Assembly (NCBI GenBank): GCA_963743855.1
Contig: CAVURK010000009.1
Location: forward strand, 257,956 to 321,955
Direction: 5' to 3'
DNA: 64,000 bases
Source of the DNA: an uncultured Chloroflexia bacterium
GTDB taxonomy: Bacteria; Chloroflexota; Limnocylindria; Limnocylindrales; CSP1-4
In this document: one piece after another, positions 48,462 to 59,458 of the stretch
How positions within the stretch are numbered: position 1 is the first letter of the stretch
Layout of the letters: each line of letters starts with the position of its first letter
The notes under the pieces: generated by a model
The model's database searches: none
Seen by the model: only the letters and a program-made list of their open reading frames with translations
Told to the model about the DNA's origin: nothing
Program-made: the position numbers and the translations under genes

Positions 48462-50199
48462 TCAGGCTGTCTTGGACGCGGACGACAGGAACATCTGCCC
48501 GAGCGCGGACGTGTAGACGCCGGTGAACGTCTTCGCGTTGCCGGACAGGTAGTTGTAGTAAGTAGGCGATCCCGGCCGGGACGTCTTCGTTCATGATCGG
48601 CTCGATCTTGGCGCAGGCCGCCTTCTGGGCGTCGACGCCGACCGCCGTCTGGAACTCCGTGAACGCCGCGTCGAACGCGGGCGAGGAGTACTGCGACGCG
48701 TTCCAGACGCCATGCGTCTTGAACGCCGAGTTGAGGAAGACGTCCGGGGTCGGCCGGTGGCCGTAGTCGACGATGCCGAACTCGGCGGCTCCGGAGCACG
48801 GCGGATCCTTGGGGGTGTCCGGGCACCACTGCGCCCCGTAGAAGGCGCCGTTGTCCATGCCCTGGGGAGTGATCGTGATCCCGGCCGGTGCGGCCTGGCT
48901 CTGGAGCAGGACGGCGAGGTCCGGGATCTCGTTGAGCTGGCCGTACTGGAGCGTCACCTTGAGGTCCGTCACGCCGGCCGCCGACAGGAGCGACTTCGCC
49001 ATGTCGATGTTCTGGGCACGCTGCGGGACCGTGTCGCTGAAGTACGGGTAGAACGGGGCGATGACGTGGTCGTTGGCGAGGACCGCCTTGCCCTTGAACA
49101 GCTGCGTGATCAGGGCCGGGCGATCGATCGACAGGGCGAAGGCCTGGCGCACGCGCTTGTCGGCGAACGCGCCCTTGTCGCAGCGCATCCAGATCTGGCG
49201 GTGGTTGGTGGTCGGCGTCTCGACGACCGTGAAGTTCGCGTCGGTGAAGAGAGCCGCGCCCGACAGGACGTCGAACTGGACGAGGGCGTCGATCTGGCCG
49301 CCCTGGTAGGCGGTGACCATCGCGCCGGTGTCGTCGAAGAACGTGAATTCCACGCCGTCGAGCGGGGTCTTGCCGCCCCACCAGGCGTCGTTCCGGACGA
49401 ACGAGGCGCCCGATGCGACGTCGTACTTGGTGAGCTTGAACGGACCGGTCCCAGCGGGCACCTTGTCAAGGGTCGTCCCGGCCACGTACGCCTTCGGCGT
49501 GATGAGCGATTGGGCGTTGAAGACCGACACGAGGTACGGGAAGTTGCCGTTCGCGCTGACCAGCGTGAAGGTGACCGTGTTCGCGTCCGTGGCGACCGCC
49601 GATCCGGAGGCGATGACGCCCTTCAGGCCCGAGTTCCCGGCCGTGACCAGGCGCTCCATCGTGGCCACCACGTCGTCGGCGGAGAACGGCGTCCCGTCGT
49701 GCCAGGTCACGCCCTGGCGGAGCTTGAAGGTCCAGACCTTATTGGTGCTGTCCGGTGTCCAGGAGAGCGCCAGCCCGGGCGCGATGTCCGAGGCGTTCGC
49801 GCTCAGCGTGCACAGGAACTCGAGCGACTGGGCGGTGATCCCGTAGCTCGACAGGTCGACCATGGCGACCGGGTCGAGAGCGCCCTTGGGGCGCTGGGCA
49901 GCGACCCGGATCGTGCCGCCCGTGATCCCGCCGCCCGAGGCGGCTGCGCTCGCGCTTGCCGCCGCCGACCCGCCGGCCGAGGCCGGGGGCGCACTGGCCG
50001 CGACCGTCGCGCTCGGGCTCGAGGAGGTGCTGCTGCAGGCCGCGATGACCATGCTGACCGACGCCATCGACAGCCCGACGACGGTCGCCCGCTTGATGAA
50101 TTCGCGGCGGCCGATCCGGCCGCTGGCGAAGGCCTCGACCGTGTCGAGTTGGAGTGGCGTTGTCTCTCGGCGAACCTTGTCCAGCTGGGAATAGTCCAT
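48462..50199 (-). pseudogene. Family-5 (Opp/Dpp/Nik-type) substrate-binding lipoprotein with Tat-like signal, frameshifted at ~48560
   Basis: A GGAGGA Shine-Dalgarno sequence precedes the start. The signal is RREFIKRATVVGLSMASVSMVIAAC (twin-Arg plus lipobox). The C-terminus YNYLSGNAKTFTGVYTSALGQMFLSSASKTA-stop lies in the +1 frame. The span is 3n+1. Confidence 0.85.
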
Positions 50200-50320
50200 C
50201 GTCCTAGTTCCTCCGGGCGAGACCACCTGACGGCGACGAGCACCTTTGACGGCATCGATCGCGAATGCACCACGCCGCCCGGACACCGATTCCTCCAGCC
50301 GGGCAACGGGATGTCTCGGA

Positions 50321-50349
50321 ACGGTACTGGCGGCCCGTTCGACTGTCAA
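50321..50349 (-). promoter_or_regulatory. Candidate promoter for the Opp/Dpp-type operon
   Basis: The minus strand reads TTGACA (50349-50344), a 17-nt spacer, then TACCGT (50326-50321). The -35 is embedded in the inverted repeat GTTCG...CGAAC. Confidence 0.3.
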
Positions 50350-50367
50350 CGAACCCCCGGGTTGCGC

Positions 50368-50382
50368 CTGAGTGATACTCAG
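50368..50382 (+). promoter_or_regulatory. Inverted repeat CTGAGT-gat-ACTCAG immediately upstream of the enolase-family gene
   Basis: Perfect 6-bp arms with a 3-nt spacer, ending 3 nt before GTG 50386. It is a possible operator or translational element. Confidence 0.3.
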
Positions 50383-50385
50383 CAC

Positions 50386-51495
50386 GTGCGCATCACCGGC
50401 ATCCGGCTCGATCGGCTCGTGGTCCCGCTCGACCCCGCCTTCCCGGCCGCCTGGGACCCGGTCCCGCGGCGCTCGTTCGGGGCGACGGTCGTCAGGGTCG
50501 AGACCGACGAGGGCGTCGTCGGGATCGGTTCGGGCGACACGATGGACGGCTTCGAGGCCTACCAGCACCTGTTCGTCGGCGGCGATCCACTGGCCATCGC
50601 CCGGCACGTCCGCGCGCTCGAGACGATCGATTTCCACGCCGGCCGCTACTGGCCGCTCGAGGTCGCCCTGTGGGACATCCTCGGCCAGGTCGCCGGGCTG
50701 CCGGTCGCGACGCTTTTCGGCGGAGCGAGCGAAGGGATCGCTGCGTATGCCTCGTGCGGGATGCTCCTGCCGCCGACCGCTCGCGCGGAGTCTGCGCTCC
50801 GCCTCCGCGCCGAAGGGTTCGGCGCGCTCAAGATCCGGATCGATCCGCGACAGCTCGAGGACGGGCTCGCCGCGGTCGCGGCCACGCGCGATGCCGTCGG
50901 CGACTCGATGGCGATCATGGTCGACCTCAACCAGGGCTGGCGGATGGCCGGCGACACGACCCGCTCGCTCGACCCGGTCGCTGCCCGTGAGATCGCCGTC
51001 CGGCTCGCCGAGTTCGGCGTCCTGTGGGTCGAGGAGCCGCTGGCCGGCACGGACCTGCAGGGGCTGGCGGCGTTGCGGGCGTCCGCGCCGGGCATCCGGA
51101 TCGCCGGCGGCGAGATGACCCGGACATTCGCCGAGCTCGTCGCGGCGGTCGAGGCGGACGCGTTCGACGTCCACCAGCCCGACGTCGTCCTGGCCGCAGG
51201 GATGCTCCGGACGCGGACCGTCGCCGAGCTCGCGCTTGCGCGGAACCGCTGGTTCACGCCGCACACGTGGACCAATGGCATCGGGCTGCTGGCCAACCTG
51301 CATGTCGCGGCCGGTGTCGGTGGCGGGCCGTTCATCGAGTTCCCCTACGATCCGCCCGGCTGGACCCCGGAACGTCGCGACTTCATGCTCGCGGAGCCGG
51401 TCCGGCCCGGACCCGACGGGATCCTGCGCGTGCCGTCGGCGCCGGGCCTCGGGATCGTGCTCGACGAGGCCGCCGTGCGGCGGTACGCGGCGTGA
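50386..51495 (+). CDS. Enolase-superfamily enzyme (mandelate racemase/muconate-lactonizing family; epimerase, racemase or dehydratase)
   Basis: Starts at GTG: MRITGIRLDRLVVPL. Contains WDILGQVAGLPVATLFGG, LKIRI, VDLNQGW (metal Asp), WVEEP (Glu) and HQPDV. It is divergent from the ABC importer. Confidence 0.85.
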   Translation: MRITGIRLDRLVVPLDPAFPAAWDPVPRRSFGATVVRVETDEGVVGIGSGDTMDGFEAYQHLFVGGDPLAIARHVRALETIDFHAGRYWPLEVALWDILGQVAGLPVATLFGGASEGIAAYASCGMLLPPTARAESALRLRAEGFGALKIRIDPRQLEDGLAAVAATRDAVGDSMAIMVDLNQGWRMAGDTTRSLDPVAAREIAVRLAEFGVLWVEEPLAGTDLQGLAALRASAPGIRIAGGEMTRTFAELVAAVEADAFDVHQPDVVLAAGMLRTRTVAELALARNRWFTPHTWTNGIGLLANLHVAAGVGGGPFIEFPYDPPGWTPERRDFMLAEPVRPGPDGILRVPSAPGLGIVLDEAAVRRYAA

Positions 51496-53019
51496 CGAGC
51501 GGGGCGACCGGCGGAGCCGCCAAGCCGACGGCCGCCGACTGGCTCGCGCGCGCGGCGGCCGTCGACCCGCGGACCGAGCTGTTCATCGATGGGGCGTTCG
51601 TGCCTGCCGCGTCGGGCCGGACCTTCGACGACATCGCCGGGCGCGACGGCTCGCGGATCGCGCAGGTCGCCGAGGGCGACACGGAGGACGTGGAGCGGGC
51701 GGTCGCGGCGGCCCGTCGTTCGTTCGACGACAGACGCTGGAGCGACCAGCCGCCGATGGCGCGCAAGAAGGTCCTGCTCAGGCTCGCCGAGCTCGTCCGC
51801 GAGCATCTCGACGAGCTCGCGCTGCTCGAGTCGCTCGATGTCGGCAAGCCGATCCGCGACGCCTTGAACGTCGACATCCCGAGCGCCGCGACGACCCTCC
51901 AGTGGTACGCCGAGACGATCGACAAGGCGTACGGCGAGATCGGCCCGACCGGACCCGATGCCCTGTCGCTCGTGACCCGCGAGCCGATCGGCGTGGTCGC
52001 CGCGATCGTGCCCTGGAACTACCCGATGATCATCACCGCCTGGAAGCTGGGCGCCGCGCTCGCGACGGGCAATTCGGTCGTGCTCAAGCCTGCCAGCCAG
52101 TCGCCGCTGACCGCGCTCCGTCTTGCCGAGCTGGCCGCCGAGGCCGGTCTCCCCGACGGCGTGCTCAACGTCGTCACCGGTCCGGGCGCCGTGATCGGCG
52201 ACGCCCTGGCCCGTCACCCGGGCGTCGACAAGATCGCCTTCACCGGGTCCACCGAGGTCGGCAAGTCGCTCCTCCGCGCCGTCGGCGGATCGGACGTCAA
52301 GGCGATCTCGCTCGAGCTCGGCGGCAAGAGCCCGCAGGTCGTCCTGGCCGATGTCGGCGACCTCGAGGCGGCGGCCTCGGCGATCGGCTGGGGGATCTTC
52401 TACAACAGCGGCCAGACCTGCAACGCGGGCTCACGGCTCGTCGTCCACAGCTCGGTCCGCGAGGAGCTCGTCGAGCGGATCGCGGCGCTCGGCCGAAAGC
52501 TCGCCCCGGCGAGCCGCTCGATCCGCGGACACGCCTCGGCTCGATCGTGGACGACCGCCAGATGGCCAAGGTCCTCGGCTACGTGGACCTCGGGCGGCAG
52601 GAGGGCGCGACCGGTCGTCTCAGGCGGCGAGCGGGTGCGCGAGGACTCGGGCGGCTATTTCATCGAGCCGACGATCCTCGACGGCGTCGCGAACACCATG
52701 CGGGTCGCGCGCGAGGAGATCTTCGGGCCGGTCCTGACCGTCACCGAGTTCGACGATGAGGACGAGGCGATCGCCATCGCCAACGACACGCCCTACGGCC
52801 TCGCGGCCGGCGTGTGGACCCGCGACGTGAACCGGGCCCACCGGCTGTCGCGACGCGATCCGGGCCGGGATCGTCTATGTGAACACGTTCGACACCGCCG
52901 ACATCACCGTGCCGTTCGGTGGCTACAAGCAGTCGGGCTTCGGGCGCGACAAGAGCCTGCACGCGCTGGACGGCTACACCCAGCTCAAGACGACCTGGCT
53001 CGACCTGTCCGGTCGCTGA
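51492..53019 (+). pseudogene. NAD(P)+ aldehyde dehydrogenase, three frameshifts (~52505, ~52613, ~52853)
   Basis: GTGA overlap with the enolase-family gene. Contains VPWNYPM, FTGSTEVG, ELGGKSP and GQTCNAGSR. GEPLDPRTRLGSIVDDRQMAKVLGYV lies in the -1 frame. The sequence then returns to the first frame (YFIEPTIL...EEIFGPV) and finishes in +1 (AIRAGIVYVNTF...PFGGYKQSGFGRD). Confidence 0.85.
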
Positions 53020-53127
53020 AACGTGCAGGCCCGTCGAGGGTTCACGCGGCCGAAGCACTGAGGCGTACACTCGTCGTCCGCAAGAGGCCGATTCGCTGTC
53101 TTGCGACGAGGTCCAGGGGTGGGTGAC

Positions 53128-53538
53128 ATGACAGATCCAGCGCCCAAGGCGTCGGCGGACGCCGGGATGGCAGGGACCGATCCGCTCGAGCCGACGCAGG
53201 CCGAGATCGACGCGTGGGTCGCACGCGAACGGAAGCGCCGCCAGGAGTGGCTCAACGGCCCGTCCGACGAGGAACGGACCGCGTACGCGCATGGTCTTCG
53301 CCACCGTCGCCTCGCCGACGCGTTCGACGAAGGCGAGAGCCGGATCCAGGAGGGCGTCCGGACCGGCGTTCGCTACGGTCGCGAGAGCCAGCTGGCCGCC
53401 GAGGGGGCGGTGAGCCTGTTCTATCGCTGGTCGCGCCGGACGATGGCCGAGCTGGTCCGCGCGGGCCGAGAATGGGAGGAGGAGACCTCGCTCCCGAACC
53501 GCCGCCGCCGCGTCTCCATGGATGACGAGGGATCCTGA
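53128..53538 (+). CDS. Hypothetical protein
   Basis: ORF with coding-like third-position GC. I recognise no family. The start could be TTG 53101 or ATG 53128. Confidence 0.45.
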   Translation: MTDPAPKASADAGMAGTDPLEPTQAEIDAWVARERKRRQEWLNGPSDEERTAYAHGLRHRRLADAFDEGESRIQEGVRTGVRYGRESQLAAEGAVSLFYRWSRRTMAELVRAGREWEEETSLPNRRRRVSMDDEGS

Positions 53539-53631
53539 GGGCTCCAGTCCTGCGAGTGGGATCCGGGTAGCGCTCGAATCCCGGCCCCCGACCTGGCGGC
53601 ACCGCGATGTCGCTGATCGGGTCGGTGCCGG

Positions 53632-55341
53632 ATGAGAACGCTGTTCCGACACCCGCGCCGGGTTTGGCACGTCCTCTCCGTCTTCTTCACATTCTTCATC
53701 GCCCCGGCCCTCCACCTGCCCGGTGGCGACCGGCGCCCCGGGCCGGTCCGACTGCGGCTCGCCTTCGAGCGCCTGGGCGGCGCCTGGATCAAGTTGGGCC
53801 AGATGCTGGCCCTTCGCTTCGACCTTCTGCCGGCCGCCTACTGCGACGAGCTGTTCAAGCTCCTCAACCAGGTCGAGCCGTTCTCGTACGACGAAGTCCG
53901 GCTGATCATCCAGCAGGAGCTCGGAGCCGACCCGGAGACGATCTTCCAGTCGTTCAGCCACGCGTCATTCGCGGCCGCGTCGATCGGCCAGGTCCATCGC
54001 GCGGTGCTGCACAGCGGCGAGGCAGTGGCGGTGAAGGTCCAGCGTCCGGGGATCCGAACGACCCTCGCTGCCGATATCGCGCTGATGTATTCGACGACCC
54101 GGATCCTGGACTGGACCCACGTCTTCGGGGCGACGCGCAGCCGCGAGGTCATCGACGAGTTCGCGCGCTGGACCGCCGACGAGCTCGACTATCTCGTCGA
54201 GGCGCGCCAGGCCGTCCTGCTCTACCAGAACGCCCAGGGCGCACAAGGGCGAGCGCATCGCCCGCGTCCACCGCGACTACACGACGTCGCGCGTCCTGAC
54301 GACCGAGCTGATCGTCGGCATCCCGCTGATCGACATCATGATCGCGAAGCGCGAAGGCAACACCGCCTATCTCGAGGCGCTCGCGGCACAGCGGCCACGA
54401 CCTGGACCGGATCATCCGCACCCTCGACTGGAACATGCTCAACCAGGTCTACGTGTTCGGCTACTTCCACGCCGACCTGCACCCGGCCAACCTGTTCGTC
54501 CTGCCGGGCGACGCGATCGGCTACGTCGACTTCGGGATCGTCGGCCAGCTGCCCGACCGCGTCCGGGACTCGCTGACCCGCTACAGCTGGCTGCTCTTCC
54601 GGGGCGAGGTCGAGTCCGCCGTCCTGGAGCTGATGCGCTGGCTGGCGCCCGGGCCTGCGACGGACATCGGGACCACGCGCTGGCAGCTGATCCGCGTCCA
54701 CCAGGCGTTCCTGTACGACACCGTCGCCGACCGGCTGCGGACGACGACCGAGGCCCCCGGCCCGGCTCGACACGCGGAGAACCCGTATTCGAAGCTGGCG
54801 GTCGACATCCTCGACACGATCCGCGTCCAGCAGCTGACGATGTCGTCGAGCATCGTCGGCTATCTCAAGATGCTGGTCACGCTCGGCACGCTGCGCCACT
54901 CGCTCGCCGTCGACTACGACCTGCAGGACAACGTCCGGCGCTTCGTCCGCCGCCTGGCGCGACAGCAGGGGATGGCGTTGCTCGACCCGCGCCGGACGTT
55001 CGACCGGCTGTACGCCGGCACCGGGCGCATCTCAGCGCGCGCTCGAGTTCATGGAGTTCATCGAGGCCCAGGAGCCGGTCATCACCGAGGCGACGACCAT
55101 GCTGTTCGGCTACCGGAACCGGATCCGGCGGGTCAAGCAGCGCTTGATCGGGTTCGGGACCGCGGTCCTGGTGGTCGGCGGCCTGCTCTACCTGGTCCTC
55201 GTCTTCCCGGACGACACCCGGCGGATCATGCCGCCGGAGGTGGACTACACGTGGTTCCAGCTGGGCCTTCTGGCGGTCCTCCTGGTCCTGATCGTCAACC
55301 TCATCCGGAACATGCGGAGCATGGGCGGGCCCGGCGATTAG
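53632..55341 (+). pseudogene. ABC1/UbiB-family atypical kinase with C-terminal TM helices, three +1 frameshifts (~54241, ~54392, ~55035)
   Basis: Contains WIKLGQMLALRFDLLP, AAASIGQVHRAVL..GEAVAVKVQRPG, HKGERIARVHRDYTTSRVLTTELIVG, FHADLHPANLFV and GYVDFGIVG. The terminal block is MEFIEAQ...LLAVLLVLIVNLI. Segments lie in successive frames, and the net span is 3n. Confidence 0.8.
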
Positions 55342-55403
55342 GCCTTCCTCGGCCGACCCGGTCGCGAAACGCGGTTCCCGCTAGAGTTGGCCGGGTGACG
55401 GAC

Positions 55404-56961
55404 ATGGACACGACGGCGGGCGAAGGGCTCCGTCGTCGCCGGGGTGGCGGCCGCGAGGGCCATGCCCGGAACGCCGCCCCACAGCAACCGCCGTGGGCGC
55501 AGCCGCGGATGCGCTACCGGCCGACGGAGATCATCTCGGCCGATGAGCTCGAGTCGATCCATCTCGGCTCGCTGCGGGTCCTGTCCGAGATCGGGATGGA
55601 CTTCCTCGACGCCGATGCGCGCGAGGTCCTGCGCGCGGCCGGGGCGCAGACTCGAGCCCGATTCGCAGCGGGTTCGATTCGACCCGGCGATGGTCACCGA
55701 GCTGATCCGGACGGCGCCGGCGAGCTTCACCCTCCACGCCCGCAACCCGGCCTATGACGTCCAGCTGGGCGGCGACTGGGTCGCGTTCGGGACCGTCGGC
55801 AGCCCGCCCAACGTGTCCGACCTCGATCGCGGCCGACGGATCGGCAACCGGGCCGACTACCAGAACCTGTTGCGGATCGCCCAATCGCTCAACGCCATCC
55901 ACTTCCTGTCGGGCTACCCGGTCGAGCCGGTCGACCTCCACCACGGCGTCCGTCACCTGTGGGCCACCTACGACGCGCTGACCCTGATGGACAAGGCGAT
56001 CCATTGCTACAGCCTCGGCCGCCAGCGCAACGTCGACGTGCTCGAGATGGTCCGCATCGCCCGCGGCGTGGACGCCGCGACGATCGACCGCGAGCCGTCG
56101 GTCTTCACGGTCGTCAACTCGAGCTCGCCGCTCCGGCTCGATGCGCCGATGCTGCAGGGGATCATGGAGTTCGCGGCCCACAACCAGGTCGTGTGCATCA
56201 CGCCGTTCACCCTCGCCGGGGCGATGGCTCCGGTCACCCTCGCCGGCGCGCTCGTCGAGCAGAACGCCGAGGCACTGGCCGGGATGGTCCTGACCCAGGC
56301 GGTCAATCCCGGGGCGCCGGTGATCTACGGCGGCTTCACCTCGAACGTCGACATGCAGTCGGGTGCGCCCGCGTTCGGGACCCCGGAGTACATGCGGACT
56401 GCGATGATCGGCGGCCAGCTCGCCCGGCGCTATGGCGTGCCGTATCGGTCGTCGAACGTGTGCGCTGCGAACGCGCTCGACGCGCAGGCCGCCTACGAAT
56501 CGGTCTTCTCGCTGTGGGGCGCGATCATGGGCGGTGTCAACCTGCTGATGCACGGCGCCGGCTGGATGGAGGGCGGACTCCACGCCAGCTACGAGAAGAT
56601 GATCCTCGACGCCGAGCTGCTCGGGATGGTCGCCTCGTTCCTCGACCCGGTCGTCGTCGACGAGGAGACCGTCGCGTACTCCGCGATGCAGGAGGTCGGA
56701 CCGGGCGGCCACTTCTTCGGCGCCGAGCACACCCAGTCGCGCTACCGCACTGCGTTCCACAAGCCGATGCTCAGCGACTGGCGCAACTACGAGACCTGGG
56801 AGGAGGCGGGCTCGCCCGAGCTGCCGGCCAAGGCCAACCGGATCTGGAAGGAGCTGCTCGCGGCCTACGAGCCGCCGCCGATGGACCCGGCGATCCACGA
56901 GGAGCTCGAGGCGTTCGTCGCGCGCCGCGTCGCCGAGGGCGGCGTCCCGACCGACTATTGA
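55404..56961 (+). pseudogene. Second MttB-superfamily protein without pyrrolysine, frameshifted at ~55649
   Basis: The N-terminus MDTTAGEGLRRRRGGGREGHARNA...YRPTEIISADELESIHLGSLRVLSEIGMDF...AAGAQ lies one frame off from LEPDSQRVRFDPAMV.... Blocks ITPFTLAGAMAPVT, NPGAPVIYGGFTSNVDMQSGAPAFGTPE and HGAGWMEGGLHASYEKMILD are present. There is no in-frame TAG. Confidence 0.85.
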
Positions 56962-56989
56962 GGCGACCTCGGTCGCGGAGGGGAGCTGG

Positions 56990-59458
56990 ATGAAGTCTTC
57001 GGCCCAGGTCGTGGTCATCGGCGGAGGCGTCGTCGGTGCCAGCGTGCTCTACCACCTGACGAAGGCCGGCTGGACCGACGTCATGCTGCTCGAGCGCCGC
57101 GAGCTGACGGCCGGATCGACGTGGCATGCCGCGGGCGGGATGCACACCCTCAACGGCGACCCGAACGTCTCCAAGCTCCAGCAGTACACGATCAAGCTGT
57201 ACGAGGAGATCGAGCGGATCTCCGGCCAGGACTGCTCGATCCACCTGCCCGGCGGGCTGATGCTGGCCGACACCGAGGTCCGGATGGACTTCCTGCGGAT
57301 GGCCGTCGCGCGCGGCCGCTATCTCGGGATGGACCTCGAGCTGATCAGCGCCCGGGAGGCAGCGGACCTCTTTCCGTTGATGGATCCGCAGTACTTCGTC
57401 GGGGCGCTGTACGACCCGGTCGAGGGCCACGTGGACCCGACCGGTGTCACGCGCGCGTACGTGAAGTGTGCCCAGCTGGCCGGCGCGGAGGTCCACCAGC
57501 ACACGCCGGTCGTCGGGCTGTCGCAACGCGCCGACGGGACATGGGACGTGCGAGTGGAGTCGGGCGACGTCATCCACGCGGAGCACGTCGTCAACGCCGG
57601 CGGACTGTGGGCGCGCGAGGTCGGGCGGATGGTCGGCATCGAGCTGCCGGTCCTCGCCATGGAGCACATCTACCTCATCACGCAGGACATGCCCGAGGTG
57701 GCCGCCCACGTCGCCTCCACCGGCCACGAGATGCCGATGGCGCTCGACTTCGGCGGCGAGATCTACATCCGCCAGGAGGGCGGGGCCATGCTGCTCGGCA
57801 CGTACGAGCAGGCCTGCGTCCCGTGGTCGCCGCGCGAGACGCCGTGGGACTTCGGGTCGCAGCTCCTCAAGCCGGACATGGATCGGATCACGCCGGAGCT
57901 CGAGGTCGCCTTCCGGCACTACCCGGCGATGGGTACGACCGGGATCCGCCGCATCGTCAACGGGCCGTTCACGTTCTCACCTGATGGGAATCCGCTCGTC
58001 GGCCCGGTTCGCGGCCTGCGCGGCTTCTGGGTCGCCTGCGGGGTGATGGCCGGGCTGTCGCAGGGCGGCGGCGTCGGGCTCGCACTGGCGACGTGGATGA
58101 CCGCCGGCGATCACGGCGACTCGGGGATGGATGTCTGGGCGATGGATGTCGCGCGCTACGGCGACTACGCGACGCTCGCCTATACGAACGCCAAGGTCCA
58201 GGAGAACTACCGGCGTCGGTTCCGGATCACCTTCCCGAACGAGGAGCTGCCGGGCGCCCGGCCGCTGCTCACGACGCCGATCTATGACCGGCTGACCGCG
58301 GCCAACGCGGTCTGGGGCGCGACCTTCGGCCTCGAGCATGCGCTCTGGTTCCAGGAGCCTGGTCTCGAGCCCAAGGAGGACGTGACGTTCCGGCGGTCGA
58401 ACGCGTGGTCGCAGGTCGCAGCGGAGGTCGCGGCGGTCCGCGAGCGGGTCGGCATGACCGAGATCTCCAACTACGCCAAGTACCGGGTGACCGGTCCGGG
58501 CGCCGAGGCATGGCTCTCGTCGCTGCTGACCGCGCGGATGCCGGCCCCCGGCCGGATCACGCTGACCGCGATGCTCAATGACGCCGGTCGGATCGTCGGC
58601 GAGTTCACGGTCGCGCGTGCATCCGAGGCCGATGAGTACTTCCTGTTCGGGTCACTGCCCGCCGAGGTCCACCACTCGCGCTGGTTCCGCCACCATCTGC
58701 CGGCCGACGGCTCGGTGCGATTCGAGGTCCTGGGGCTTGGCCTGGTCGGGCTGTCGGTGGCCGGGCCGCGATCGCGCGACGTGCTCCAGGCGGTCGCACC
58801 CGACCTGGACCTGTCGACCCAGGCGTTCCCGTTCATGACCTTCCGCCAGGTCGACCTGGGCATGACGCCCGTCCACCTGGCCCGCATCAACTACGCCGGC
58901 GACCTCGGCTACGAGCTGTGGGTGAGCCCCGAATACCAGCGCGAGCTGTTCGATCGGATCGTTGCCGCGGGCGAGCCCCACGGCCTTCGGCTCTTCGGCA
59001 TGCGGGCGCTGATGTCGCTCCGCCTCGAGAAGTCGTATGGGACGTGGTTCCGCGAATACCGGCCGATCTACACGCCGCTCGAAGGCGGGATCCCGCGCTA
59101 CCTGAAGCTCGACCACGAATTCATCGGGCGCGCGGCGCACGAGGCGGAGGCAGCGGCAGGTGGCCCCGCCCGGCGGCTCGTCGCGTTCGTCGTCGACCCG
59201 GACCCGGACGACCCGGCCGATGTCATCGGCGACGAGCCGATCTGGCATGACGAGGCGGTCGTCGGCTGGGTGACCTCCGGCGGGTACGGGCATCACGTCA
59301 AGCAGTCGATCGCGCTGGGATACGTGCCGACCGAGCTCGCCACCCCGGACGGTCCCGGCGGGAGCGGCTTCGAGATCGAGATCATCGGGCGGCGACGTCC
59401 GGCGCGGCTCCAGCCCGAGCCGTTGTTCGACCCGGGTGGTCTCCGGATGCGCGCGTGA
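56990..59458 (+). CDS. Dimethylglycine/sarcosine dehydrogenase-family enzyme (FAD oxidoreductase fused to a GcvT folate-binding domain)
   Basis: Intact 822 aa. Contains VVVIGGGVVGASVLYHL and GSTWHAAGG (covalent-FAD His context). The C-terminal aminomethyltransferase-like domain contains YAGDLGYELW and LRLEKSY. Confidence 0.9.
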   Translation: MKSSAQVVVIGGGVVGASVLYHLTKAGWTDVMLLERRELTAGSTWHAAGGMHTLNGDPNVSKLQQYTIKLYEEIERISGQDCSIHLPGGLMLADTEVRMDFLRMAVARGRYLGMDLELISAREAADLFPLMDPQYFVGALYDPVEGHVDPTGVTRAYVKCAQLAGAEVHQHTPVVGLSQRADGTWDVRVESGDVIHAEHVVNAGGLWAREVGRMVGIELPVLAMEHIYLITQDMPEVAAHVASTGHEMPMALDFGGEIYIRQEGGAMLLGTYEQACVPWSPRETPWDFGSQLLKPDMDRITPELEVAFRHYPAMGTTGIRRIVNGPFTFSPDGNPLVGPVRGLRGFWVACGVMAGLSQGGGVGLALATWMTAGDHGDSGMDVWAMDVARYGDYATLAYTNAKVQENYRRRFRITFPNEELPGARPLLTTPIYDRLTAANAVWGATFGLEHALWFQEPGLEPKEDVTFRRSNAWSQVAAEVAAVRERVGMTEISNYAKYRVTGPGAEAWLSSLLTARMPAPGRITLTAMLNDAGRIVGEFTVARASEADEYFLFGSLPAEVHHSRWFRHHLPADGSVRFEVLGLGLVGLSVAGPRSRDVLQAVAPDLDLSTQAFPFMTFRQVDLGMTPVHLARINYAGDLGYELWVSPEYQRELFDRIVAAGEPHGLRLFGMRALMSLRLEKSYGTWFREYRPIYTPLEGGIPRYLKLDHEFIGRAAHEAEAAAGGPARRLVAFVVDPDPDDPADVIGDEPIWHDEAVVGWVTSGGYGHHVKQSIALGYVPTELATPDGPGGSGFEIEIIGRRRPARLQPEPLFDPGGLRMRA

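Noticed and set aside
39429-56961. Possibility that the MttB homologues are pyrrolysine (UAG-read-through) enzymes
   Set aside because: Both genes are read through their conserved cores with no in-frame TAG, and no pylTSBCD-like genes are seen in the window. I therefore treat them as Pyl-free family members.
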